DNA of 62,870 nt, the filler included, from Dimargaris cristalligena (lineage: Eukaryota), in the NCBI GenBank assembly GCA_003614675.1. It is 2 parts of 2 records of this genome, joined end to end, with 100 filler letters (N's around TTAATTAATTAA, not from the genome) between each part and the next. Parts side by side here need not be neighbours in the genome. Positions count along the whole stretch, not along the records: positions 1 to 31,394 come from ML002440.1; 1 more part is not named here. One strand, 5' to 3'. The position numbers and the translations under genes are program-made. Shown here one piece after another: positions 11,895-23,984 of this stretch; positions within the stretch are counted from its first letter, which is position 1; the number at the start of each line of letters is the position of its first letter. Under the pieces are notes generated by a model. That model searched no databases. It saw only the letters and a program-made list of their open reading frames with translations, and had not been told where the DNA came from.

Positions 11895-12661
11895 GAAGGG
11901 AACGAGGAAGCAACTGATACCACCAACTGATCAGCGTTGGCTACCTCGAGCCCATCGGCACCCAGCGACACCCCTCAGCAACAGACAAGGGTCCGTCAAT
12001 ATACAAGCTTTGGCCTTTAAGTATCCTGATGTATGTGCCCCTTATTAAAGCACCATTGTTTACCCCTCGACTTTGAACCCGCATCGCTTGGCTTTGGAGC
12101 TTTAAAGAATTCGTATGGTTTGTTCGCGTGGTACATATGTTTCCCTTATGGGCGCTGAGCTTACTTCGTAAATCGATTTAGTTTTTACGTACATTTGTTA
12201 ATCATTAGCTGAGCTACTAGACGTTGGGGCCTTTGGTCATAGATTTATTTTAAGAAAAAATCATCATTATATTACGTCTCATTAAATAGTTTACAATTGG
12301 GTTTATGCAATGGGGCCTGTCAACTGAAATATCCTAAAGGGCCAGTGTACTTTATTATTGTGATTTCCCGGGTATCACCACCTTAACCACATTGTCCGTC
12401 AAGAAACTACAGTTGCCTTTGTAGTAATTGTGTCTATATATATAGGCGCAGTTCATGACATTCCAAAATTTGGGGATAACACAGGTAAAAACGAATGCTG
12501 GTAGGTGAATTAGAATCAACAGGTCTTTATCTAGCACTCAGAACCTTAACTGATTAGCATAATACATCAATACGAACAAAATAATGGTTATTGTACCGAA
12601 TAAAGGAACATATGTAACAAAATGATCCAAAATGACCACTCCTTTCCCTTGCCGAGCCATA

Positions 12662-14743
12662 TCATTCCGCCAGAGTCATGATTTGACCAAACGGTGTGAG
12701 AACCAGTCCTTTAGTAGGTTGCAAAACTTGTAAGCTACATTTTTCCGGCCGAGACGCCACCGCAATAGCACGAAACCCACAGGTCGGTAAGTTAAGAGGC
12801 GAGCCGTAACATTGACAGGGAACCGCTTTACGGGAGGCTGGCGAGTGATGGCAAAAACAACCAGGTATGTTGGGGCGTTTTGTCTGGGGTGAGGACGACA
12901 AAAGGGTCCCATTATTTAAGTGACTGGGCATTCGACCCAGAGTCGCGTGCATCACTAAAAAGCGATGCGTGGGAAATGAGCGCCAAGTAGGAAAGTTCAA
13001 GTCCTGGAACGGAATATAAGCCCCCGGCCGTAGGCTGTCGTCCATACGAGTCATAGTTGTGGCCTCCCGCGGCGAATGCTGTAGCGGCATGTAGGTAGTG
13101 GCCACTACCGCCAGGTCCGATTCGCGCTGCATTTGACGCACCACGTGGCATACTCTGGCATTCATAAGGGAGGCGACCGATGATGCCCGGTCATGACGGG
13201 GAAAGCCGTCGGTTTTATCGATCCAATAGAATGCCGAAATATTATGTAGTAGTAGTAATTGGTGGCGGCGCCGCAGTGGAGGTTCGACCAATGCTTCCAA
13301 GGCTAGGTATTGCTTTGGTATAGCTGGGGGCCGCCGCCGTGGTGGAACGAACCTGGGAACGGGTGGTGTAGAATCTATGGCCCAACTCGACGCTAAAGAG
13401 GGGTCGTGGGATCCCCGACGCCGAGGGGACGATCGGTCTGGGGAATGGTCTTGGGACCATGTAACAGAAGAAAGGTTGAGTCTGTCCCAGTCCGATGGTT
13501 GCGAAACGGGTAAGGAGCGCGAAGGTGCTATTGAACTAGGGTTGGGTATATTTCCGTGACCGGACTTTAGTCGACGATAATGATCCTGAACCAGATGGGG
13601 CAGGCGGCCCAGGGTGGCAATTAATTGGGTCGTGGACTGGGGTCGCAGAACCACGAGGTGACTCAGGTAAACATCGGCCATCGCCTCAGCCCGCTGGTCC
13701 AGATTTCCGTTGAATGATGCCTGGTCGTCCTGAACCATGGATTGGACCGCCCGCATTACCGGCTGAGAGGCGCGAAGTTGAAACTCCGACCGACCGAACG
13801 TCCGGGCCCGGCCACCTGGCCCTGTAGTCGCTGAAGCCTGAGGATGGCGGCCATGGGCACGGGTGAGTAACAACTGTCGTTTTATACGGCTAATTAATAC
13901 TTGCCGGAGTCGACCCATTTGGAGGTCGCCTTGCAGATCGAGTAGAATCACGGTACAGCCGCTCGTCGATATCGCGGCTGATGGGGTCGTTGCCGATCTT
14001 GGGCCAAGCAAGTCTTGGGATGAAATCAGTGAGTGGGCAATCAAGGTGTATAGGATACCTACCAATACCGGGTTGGAATAGCCCATCAATTCGATGCGAT
14101 CCCCGGGGCAGATGGTATGGGGTTTGAATAACGCTGAAGGCTTTCAGAGCCACATGGGAAACAAAAAAGAGTTTAGGGATTTAGATATCGCCCAATTTTA
14201 GCCACCAATTATTTTTTTATTAACCATTCAATGGTAATATAAATCCGTCGATAGGTAAGATACCCGATTAGGGAGACAATAAATCGGGGCACTTTATAAT
14301 AATTGACTTACAGTAGGGGATGCAGGCTGACCTCGGGCCGCTAACAGTTGAGTGTCAATCGCATCAATATCGAACTGGGCGATACTGGTCGTTGGTTTAA
14401 GGGCCCGGTATAGCTACCGAACAGAGTTATATGGCAGGGTTACGGATACCACAGGTACAATAATAGCCCAGGGCACGCGTAATTAGAAAGGCAGTAAAAA
14501 AGGCGAGTGGTCGCTGTGACTATAAACAAGACCGTCAACGGCTCATTTGGAATGCATTTCGAATAACTCGCCCACTTTATGAAGGAATGCTGCATAAAGA
14601 AGTGGGGTCGGTTTGGTGGCGGGCGACTTGAAGATGGTAGGCCGACAATATGCACCCATGGAACGGACATTTACCTGGTAGCCATCGGTACTTTCAATGC
14701 AGTTTAGAAGGTGGGTCCAGTGGTGGACGGGCGGGTCGGTCAT
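12662..14743 (-). CDS. XRCC2: RAD51 paralog XRCC2-like; exons 14743-14675, 14413-14312, 14140-12662
   Basis: Spliced N-terminus ESTDGYQ|LYRAL; PGDRIELMG..LYTLIAHSLI; VILLDLQGDLQMGRL; ISAFYWIDK matches the XRCC2 hallmark LSAFYWIDR; GT-AG introns keep the frame. Confidence 0.85.
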
Positions 14744-15181
14744 GCAGAATCGAATAGAGGCAATTCGAAAAGTGGCAGGTACTGGGGAGGAAAGACTGGA
14801 CAAGCAGGGGAATCGAAATGGGAGAGACAATGGGCAACTGCGAGTGCATGTACATATTGCTAGGAAAAAGAAATGTGGAGGCGGACAAGTGCTTTCCTAG
14901 TAGGCAATATTTCTGTGGATATGTTTGGCCGATAGCTTGGCCAGTGATTATTACCCGAGTGGATGTCCCAATCCACGAAAAATCGCAGGAACTATCACAA
15001 CAAAATCCAATTACCAATCTGCCGCAGCTCAGCTATTAATCGAGGTGTGCAACTGGCTCTCTCGGTCTCTTGCTTGGTATATGCGTCTGTCTAGACTCTT
15101 TACGTGACTATATAAGCCTACCCTAGGCTGACTTTGATCCGCTTTCCTTTGGTTCTATCTTCCTCCAGATATTATAATTGA

Positions 15182-16896
15182 ATGAGCATGGATGCCTCTC
15201 TTCACTGTAACCATCTACCCTGCCGTACACCCCTCGGATCAAAGGGTGAAGCCTGCGTCACCAGCTGTTCTCGTTAGTACCCCTTCACTAAATATCGACC
15301 AACTAGTCGTCCCACTGATTTATATCAAGCCAGTACATAAAATAATTACAACTTCACCGTATATGTTAAATCGTGCTAACAGCCTACCCAGTTGACAGTT
15401 TTACGCGCCACTACGATTCAAATAGATATATTTTGTATGACCTGTGCTCAAACCTTCTTCACCTCCGCCTTGGTCTGCCCGGCTTGCGAGCTGGCCCTTC
15501 CCGGAAGGTAGTCATCAAATCACTCATAAGTGTTTGGAAAAACCATAACGCATATACAATTGGGTATAAATATATCCAGTGCCAATCTTAAAAGCCACTG
15601 GAAAGTGCCTCATCAAGCAAATGTATCTTAAAGCCAATTTCCGGATTACAAATATACGCCCCTACTAGAGAGGATGTGGTAGTCGCTTGTCTAGATCCAT
15701 CGGACAGTTATAAGGCGGTGAGTAAACTTCAGCTACTAATGCTCAATGGGAGCAGATAGGTTTGGACCGATGCAGTATATGCCCACGCTGCTTGGTTAAA
15801 TATATAAAATTTACTGATTCCTTATTTAGAAGTGTGGTTGTTGGCACCTTTATTTAGTCTATATTGGCCGGCCTTCGTCCCGAAATCATTATGGAGATTG
15901 CCACACGAGGGCTTAGATTTTGGACATACCAAGTATCACAGGAATTAATCTACAGAGAGTTATCTGAAAAACGAACCATCGAAAAAATGAGGTCGACGGA
16001 GACTCAATCATCGCTAGCTTCATGTCAGGTGAAGGCCGAAATCGACCGTAGGTGCTCACGGGCGATGTACTTCGATATACGAGCATGCTTATATTTTAGT
16101 TAAAATTGGGCACGTGTTTCTTCGCTTTAGGAATAACCATTGATGCATTCGTCGATTCATTCCTTAAATACTGGCAACTTGCGGTCGATTTATCTTGTGG
16201 CCCAATATTTAGTTTACCGCGAGAAATTAGAATGCTTAAAGAAGGAACTGGAGTTGGAAAAACGCAAATCATTTGATTTGATGGAGCAGGCGAACCATAA
16301 GGAGCGCCAAATTCGTCGACTGCGGGTAAGTTTTTATTATTATCCACAGGGGCGTGCGCCTAGCTGCGATTTTGTCACGTATGGAACTACTGGGGAGGTT
16401 CTATTTAAACATAAAAGTGATGGCTGATGGACAAGTCCAGTCCATTATTTGGTAATCAATTTACTATTGAAGCTGAGGGCATAGAGCAGACTATATTAAT
16501 TTGAGTTGGTTGGATTGATATCACCCCCATTAGACATCTGTTGATAAGTACATGAATACTCAAATGGCCGACTCACTGCAGCGACATGTGGCGGAGTCGC
16601 CAGGCCGCGAGGCTGCACCCCGACCATCGCTCCCCCAGACACCATTCTATACCCCACAACGTAACTTGCCCGTAAGAAAACCTAATTTCATTTTGGTTTA
16701 GAATACCCCTTTAAGGTATTACCATAGTCTATGCGGAACCTGGGTGCATCGGAAACCGGTACATTAAATTATAACCAGTTACTATTTCCTATATTTAGTG
16801 ACTCCGCTGCCTGACACTCGAAAACTAACCAAAGGCGAAACTTCAAAGGGTTATAGACATGACCCAGGGTTGGCCTATATTCCAAAAGTATCGTAG
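15182..16896 (+). CDS. HEI10: Meiotic RING E3 ligase HEI10/CCNB1IP1; exons 15182-15272, 15426-15507, 15669-15717, 15858-16047, 16213-16325, 16534 onward (stop at 16701 or 16896)
   Basis: Spliced RING CNHLPC..CVTSCSHIFCMTC..CPAC; LDPSDSYKA|SILAGLRPEIIMEIATRGLRFWTYQV; coiled coil follows; all introns GT-AG and in phase. Confidence 0.9.
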
Positions 16897-17167
16897 GCTC
16901 AATCGACCTTTAGACCCCCTCATAATTACCAAGAGTGGAAGTAAAACTACAGCTAATAAACCCAAGTTTTACCTATAACTCACCAACCATTCCCCTGTCA
17001 AACAATGCAGACCTCTTTCCAGTGACCCTTCATTCTTTCCTAATCTACCCGCAGGCTGTGAATTTATCGGCACATTACGCTCGACTTTATTATTCATTTC
17101 AGAAGTAGTGACCTTCTATTCGACGCTAACCCGATACCCCATCAACTTTTTTATTACATTGGTACTC

Positions 17168-19220
17168 ATGGTTAACTCACCGGACCATTCGCTTCTACGA
17201 GAAGCTGAGACCCCATTGGACAAGCCAGTGTCCAAATCGGGCCATTCGTCGCGAAGGTCTGGCCGTGACCGCGACCGCGACCGTCAGACATCCCGCAGCC
17301 GTAGCCCACGACGACATGGGCATTCATCGGGTTCACAGGGCCGTGATCGTAGCCGCCATAGAAGTAGGAGTCGTGGGCGCCGACAGGAACGACAGTCTAG
17401 TCACCGTAGACACCACCGCCGTGACCGAAGTCGCAGTCGTAGTAAGAGCCGCTCTCCCAGCCGGCGCCATTCCCATCGGCATCGTTCTCGCAGCCGACAT
17501 TCGCCCAGTCCGGCCGGCTGTAATTCCGATAATAGTGGCGCTTCTTCCTCGGGATACGAGTCAAATGAAAGAAGTCGGTCGCCCCGGCGTTCGCGGAAAC
17601 GATCAACTTCTCGCGATAGACACCATCGCCGACCCCGTGGGGAAAGCGATGACAAGAAGAAAAAGAAGAAGACGGATAAGAAATCCCGGTCGGTTTCCCC
17701 CGGTAGTCCCGAAAGGCGTAAATTGAAAAAGTCCAAAAAGTCCAAAAAGGTAAGTATTGAATATAACTGTGGTAACTGGGGCCTGACTCTACAACATTGA
17801 CCACCATGTAAACTGAGATACTAATTCCCATACTAGTGAAGGTTGGCTTTATTTCAGATACTAAACGCAACTATTTCAAAACCACATCACATTCTATGCT
17901 ATACTGCCCGGTCCATCCTATCCAGAGTAAAAAGGACTCTTCCTCCAAGGGCTTTTCAGTCAATAAGTACGGCAAATACGGGGTTCTTCACGAAACTGAG
18001 TAAGTGTTTCCAATTGCTCGCATTTGTACCAAGTCAGTATTTATTGGGTATCTGGAAATTAATTTTATTAGTGATTGCCAACTAAATCACACCACCTTCA
18101 TATGCCAATCTACCCAATCTCGCCCCCCCCCGTATCCCGCATAGTATGAGTTTAAAGGAAGATGTAGGTCAATTTCAACCCCAAATGGATACTCCTCAGT
18201 ACCGTGCGCATTGACGGTCGTGATTTCCGTGACCTGGCTGGCGAGTGAGCTAAGCTTTGAACTAATCATCGCCAAGCCTCCATAATTATAGGGATCGCCC
18301 GAGCGGGTTATTTATTTGCCAACTCACTATAGGCGTATTGGTGACTAACTGCGTCGAATCCGGACTCACGCTCTACTTAAATTGTCTTTCCCAAACGCTT
18401 TGCTTAGGAATTCGGCCTGTGGCTGTATGAAACCAAAGGGATTCGCGACCAAGAAATCAGCACCCAAGAAAGCAAGCGACACTTCCGTGTTTACATGGAA
18501 GGTAGGTTGTGTGTAATTTTTTTCAGACTATAGTGTTATATGTGGCTTGCTGCGAAGAATTCGGCCACTACGCTTGAGTGCTCACCTCAATTAATTGTAT
18601 TCCCATACCACTGTCAATTACGCTTATAGATTTTAACACGGTTACCCTGCCTCATAAAAAGTAAGTCTCGAGGTGAGATACACCTCAATGGTACCATCCC
18701 TGTCTGGAACCCTTTGATGATCAGGAAGCTCACGGACGGCCACCTATTATTTAGCCGGTGGTTGATGCGAAATGGTCAAAGGGTTTATTCCCAACAGGCA
18801 ACGATATGTTATCAGCCCCATTCTAAGTAATGGACACTGCCCACCTCGCATACCACCATATTAATTCGCGTAATAATTTAATTTTAAAAAATAACAAAAA
18901 CCCCCGGTAATTCACACCCTGTCTATAGGTACTATGACCTGAAAAAATGGGAGGCTAAGCAGGAACTTCGCCAGGGCGGTCAGGCGACCATGGACTCGCG
19001 CGCAGAAGATTACGGTAGTTTCAATCTGTTCGAGGCGGAAAAGCAGGCTAAGCGACAGCAGCAGCAATCCCGCCCGGCTAATGCCGCACTGTCGGGCCCT
19101 CTGATCACCCGCAATCAACTGATTGATCTTAAGCGGGTGGAAGATGAACGTACTGAGGCCGACCGGCTACGCAAGATGGGATACAAGCCCAAAGAAAGCA
19201 TGGGGATCCGGTATGAGTGA
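17168..19220 (+). CDS. RS/K-rich nuclear protein with a conserved-looking C-terminal domain; exons 17168-17749, 17926-17999, 18145-18163, 18408-18501, 18630-18660, 18929-19220
   Basis: RSRSRS and poly-K exon 1; the spliced product reads KYGKYGVLHETDMSLKEDEFGLWLYETK..YMEDFNTVTLPHKKYYDLKKWE..LRKMGYKPKESMGIRYE. Confidence 0.75.
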
Positions 19221-19913
19221 TAGCGGCTCAAGACCCCGGCTATAGCGACGACCGTGGTAATGGAGGTTACCTTCGAGGATTGGCGCACCTTGTCTGTGGT
19301 ACTTGGAAGAAAATGAAGGTTAGCTCAAGTGTATGGTTCGCTTGGCTTCTCAAAATATACGGTATTGGTGTGAGTATATTGTGTCGAATTCGGCCCTACG
19401 AACTCTTTGCTACCGACTTCCAATTATAATAGTATAAACCATTTAACAGCGCTAATTTGGCCAAGAAGTTGACAACGTCATATCAGGGTAAATTAATAAG
19501 TGTACCTGGTTGAATTTCTTACTTCAGGACAATATTGCTTAATCAACCCTTTGTAGAAATATTGCATCATTGGTGGCACATAAATTTAGTGGTAGTAATA
19601 TACATGGCGAAATTTGGGAATGTGTGGCGTGTGCACCGCCGACTCCGAAATTAAAGACATTCATCGTAATGAGGGCCACTGGTTAAATCAACACCAGAAA
19701 CCATCCCGAAATTTCGGCTAACCGATCATTAACAACATTGAGACGTAGCCGAAATGCCGTAGTTGGTATGTAAAAGAGGGGGATGGGTGGGGCAAAAAAA
19801 AAGGCATGGCGATACCATAGGTACATCAATCTTCTTAGGGAAACTGGAAACAATACGAAAACGGGAAAATGAACTTGAAATTAAACCATTAGGGCGGGGG
19901 AGAGGAGACATCA

Positions 19914-21131
19914 TCAAGTGACAATCGATTCATAAGCGGGAGGCGGTAACATAATGTGATTGACGGATGTGGTGTTTTGTTCTAAAGTGTCGTAGGACGG
20001 CAGGTCGTGCATATTTTCCATCGTTTTTGGGGTCACGACAAAGGGAATGGCGATACACACATTATGGATGGCCAAGTTACGGTCTCGGATTTGCATGATG
20101 CATTTGACCTTGTGGGTCACCTCCAAATGGGCACTGGCCATATCATACTGCAAACGCTGGTAGGCCACGGGAATATCCAGGGTCAAGTCCAGGGCATTGG
20201 AGTCGTCGTTATCTAAATTGAGGCGGTTGAGGAGGTCCCCGCTCTGAGTTTGACTAATGATATGGGCCCAGGCCTTTTCCCGGCCGGTACCGGGTGAGAC
20301 GTACTTGGCGTATTCTTTCAGGAGAATGCGGACGCTAATGATGCGAACGGCGGGGTCTAGGGGTACGAATTTAAAGGATACGTCGATGGCTTCCTCGTCG
20401 GTGCATGACCGCAGGGGAAGAAAGACCTCGTAGTGGAGTTGGCTGTTCCAGGTGTTGTTGATACTGAGACAGTTGAGGTGGTTCCAGGACCAGGCGGCCG
20501 GCTGACGTTTGATGGCCACGTACTCGGTGGCCAGGAGATTGGGCCGGAAACCAGGACGGCGGGCGACGGCCTTGAGTTTATAGACGACCGATAAATGATG
20601 GGTATGCACGGATTCGATCATGGCACCCGGCAATACCAGTTCAAAATCATATTGGTGGTGCCCCGCGGGTAATTCCAGAAGGGGGCCCGGGGAGGGGGCA
20701 CCGAGAGAGGTGGATGATGATGTGGAGAAGGGGGCCGAAGAGTTGAAGAAATGCCATTGGTATTCTTCGATGGTGCGGGTCTCTTCGTGGGGTACGGAGA
20801 ATTCCCCCGTGGTGTCCATCCAGCAGGTTTTCAGTTTGCCCTGGAAAGTCAGGGAGAGATCCACGAATTTCGTGGGTTTCGACAGGTGCAACAGTACATA
20901 GCCCCGAAGGACCCCGGCGGGCCGGTGGGGGTCGGCGTTCTGGACAAAGACGGGTTTCTGCAGAAGAATGATGTCCACCTCGCACTTGTCGGGCTTCCGC
21001 CGGTCCCGGATTTTGAACAGGTCGGGTTTCTCATTGTAGCTGGTGAATATGTAGTCGGCGATTCGCTCTTGGAAATAGGTGCTGCTAAAGCCACCGTAGC
21101 TGAATCGCCGGTTCTTGAAGAGTTTGCCCAT
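19914..21131 (-). CDS. Alpha-arrestin (ART; Rod1/CreD-like Rsp5 adaptor)
   Basis: LRGYVLLHLSKP; LPAGHHQYDFELVLPG; VVYKLKA; VTHKVK; C-terminal PY motifs LPSY and PPAY. Confidence 0.88.
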   Translation of the reverse strand: MGKLFKNRRFSYGGFSSTYFQERIADYIFTSYNEKPDLFKIRDRRKPDKCEVDIILLQKPVFVQNADPHRPAGVLRGYVLLHLSKPTKFVDLSLTFQGKLKTCWMDTTGEFSVPHEETRTIEEYQWHFFNSSAPFSTSSSTSLGAPSPGPLLELPAGHHQYDFELVLPGAMIESVHTHHLSVVYKLKAVARRPGFRPNLLATEYVAIKRQPAAWSWNHLNCLSINNTWNSQLHYEVFLPLRSCTDEEAIDVSFKFVPLDPAVRIISVRILLKEYAKYVSPGTGREKAWAHIISQTQSGDLLNRLNLDNDDSNALDLTLDIPVAYQRLQYDMASAHLEVTHKVKCIMQIRDRNLAIHNVCIAIPFVVTPKTMENMHDLPSYDTLEQNTTSVNHIMLPPPAYESIVT

Positions 21132-21374
21132 TGGCTAGGGGGTATGGAGGTCGTCGGACCAGTGTGTGTGTGTGTCAAAGTGGTGGGGGGTACGTATAAA
21201 GAGGTGGGGGTGAGGTATGAAACAGGATAGTAAATTTCAAGGAGGTTTGGGAATAAGAGACAGGGCGGACCTTGGGATGCAAGCAATACACACTGACAAT
21301 GCTGACGAAATACAAACCTGGGTCTATACAGAAAGTATAATCAAAGATGTCTGATGATGATAGGGATACCTGAG

Positions 21375-21401
21375 TATATATATATATATATATATATATA
21401 T
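21375..21401. repeat. (TA)n microsatellite
   Basis: Pure TA run; similar runs lie near 8059, 21795, 24614 and 30025. Confidence 0.9.
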
Positions 21402-23962
21402 TTCCCACCCTTTTAAGAAAGTGATAGAGTGGAAAAATTGATACACGAGAGTATCAAAAGAGATGTAATAATTGGAAATGTGCGTCTGAGCAGGCCCGGC
21501 AATCAAGCGGCAGGGGAAAATAAGGATATGTAGACCCCAATAAGGGCAGCCGTGAGACCACGAATTGGCAAAAGGCCAAGGGAAACTCGGCCCGGTCAAA
21601 AACAGAAGGTGACCAAGCACAGTGAACACCCTATACAGTGCTGAAGGTGCAGAAAAAAAACACAACAAATCACCAGCACGCTTATGGCGGTGATTGTGGA
21701 GTTTGGAGTGTAAGTTGGGCGCAGGAGGGGGGTGGGTGTGTGGGTGGGAAAGACGAGGCTACGAAAGTGCAGTGGGTGTGTGTGTGTATGTGTTATATAT
21801 ATATATATATATATATATGTGAATGAGAAGGATGGAGGATGTCGGGCGGAATAATAATAGGCAGTGGGCCAGAGCAGAAAAGGCGGGCGGTCGGACAATA
21901 AATGAGGCACGAAATTAAAAGGGGCGGGAGAAAGCAGCGATACGGGGAAGAAGCACACCCAAGCTATCGGGCAAGCAGGGGGAGGGGAATAAAGAGGAGT
22001 AGAAAAGGCAGCGACACGCGTCTAGTCTACAGAATGGTGTGGTATTCTCGGGGAGTATTCCGCTACTATTGCTAGTACTGCTATGCAAGTGAATGGCTGT
22101 CGAAAGGAAATGGGTCAACGGAATGAGGGGAAGGGGAGGGGGGCTGGGCAGTTGCCGGTGAGGAGGGAGGTATGGTATCCCAAACCCAAACGCGAGGAGG
22201 TTTTATTGGCGGTGGTATTCCGAGTTATCTCTTCGTATCGGTCGGTAGTAAAGAGCCGGTGAAGAACCAAACACAATCGATGAAAATTGTTGAGTCACGC
22301 TTAGGACGGCACAGGCGAATAGATTGGGGTTCCGATGATGAACTAAATAGGCGTGGTGTCTTTTAAATCCGAGAACGAGTCAGAGGCGGGGAACAGGGTC
22401 TCGTGAAAGGTAACTGGCTGGAAGAAGGCACTGGCATGGGCCAACGGGAGAGACGTATATATAGATATATATCAAGTACAGGTTCAAACCAAAAGGCCAG
22501 AATGAATAAATGAGATAAAACAACTCTAAATAAACGAACAAGAGAAAAGAAAGGAGAGAGAGAGAAAGAATGAGAGAAGGTGAAGCTCCAATATGAGAAA
22601 CAGAGTGAACAAGCGGAATCTGGTGATCACAAAAGAGGTGCAGTGGAGTATGAGTCTGGTAAATACAGGTAGGTGCAGCCAATCTAGCCGGAAACGTAAT
22701 ATGTGTAGCAGGGGTCAAGCATGGCCCGGAGCGGCGTGGGCTCAGTTTAAATATAAGGAGGGGAGTGCCCGTCAACAGGCTAAACAGACAGTGGCTTATA
22801 GGTTCGTACAGCACCCGGTAGTCCAGTCTGGAGCGAGGAAAGTCTAATCTGAAGCGAAGGTGGTGAGGAAAATAGTGGCTACACTTTGGGCAGGGATTGG
22901 GATTATTAGTGTAATATACTATTATAGCAAGGGTGTGGGAATTCGATAAGATCGGAAAAAATATGCAGGCTATCGACAAAACTCGGGATGACAAATGGGC
23001 AAAAGAGAAGGTTTGGAATAAAGGCATATGGAATGCTTCGGGCAATTAGTGACGAAGGGGTTCACCAGAAAGCGGGGAACGAATGTGGTGGCGGTTCAAC
23101 TGGGTAGCACAAGTGAATCGGACAACAATGGAAATACCAAAATAAAATCAATGATAGAAATAATAATATCAATATTAATGGATAATTGGCAAATGTCTAA
23201 ATTAAGTAAAAAATGACGGGTCAGATGTCGCAAAAAGAATACGCCCTCGAACAATCTTTACTTGAATGGTCTATTAACAACAACAGCTCCGACCAGGCCC
23301 AAAAACAATAAGGCAGGGGGAGAGAGGGGGGACAATGTGAAGATAAAGGTGGGAAAGCACGGATGTGATAAAAGAATATATATATGTGGGTGGGGGGGGG
23401 GGCGGGTGCTTAAATACATTGGGAGTGAGGATCGTCAGCTCCCTCTATATTGCAATCCGACCTTACTCTGCTCAACCTCGCCAACCTCCGCAAATCCTCT
23501 CAGCCGATTATCCACCATACCCGTGGGTTGGCCGGCGCCAGCCCCAAAAAACCCCTTGGAGAGGGGGAGGAAAACAGCGTTCCAGCTGGCTACTACTATC
23601 ACCAGCCTATTGATTAATACGCGGATATGCATCCCCCCAATACAGCCTGTACGTGCGTGCGGGAAAAGGGGCTTCGAACGTACTTGTACCCTGGTAAGCT
23701 GGAGTATCTATATGTGTATAAAAATCATACAGAGCTCATACGCTGACTCGGCGCGCATCCACTTCTATTTACCGCCTTCTAAACCTTGCTTCGAAACAAC
23801 CAGCGTGGGGTGAGGGGCGTCAGGGGTGATGAAAAGCGGCTCGCGCCCAACTGCAGGTCCTTGGTGGTTGCAGCCTTGAACCTCATGGCACTCGGTTAAT
23901 TTCCAGGTCCCTGCCAACTCCCCCTCGTCCAGAGATACTACATATACATAACGACAGCCGAA

Positions 23963-23984
23963 TGCCATGCCATGCCATGCCATG
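23963..23984. repeat. (GCCAT)4 pentamer repeat beside a minus-strand TATA-like run
   Basis: tgccatgccatgccatgccatg followed by gcctatatattttt. Confidence 0.7.

Noticed and set aside
22380-23813. 221-aa and 183-aa ORFs upstream of the arrestin
   Set aside because: Low-complexity purine/pyrimidine tracts and microsatellites; not protein-like.
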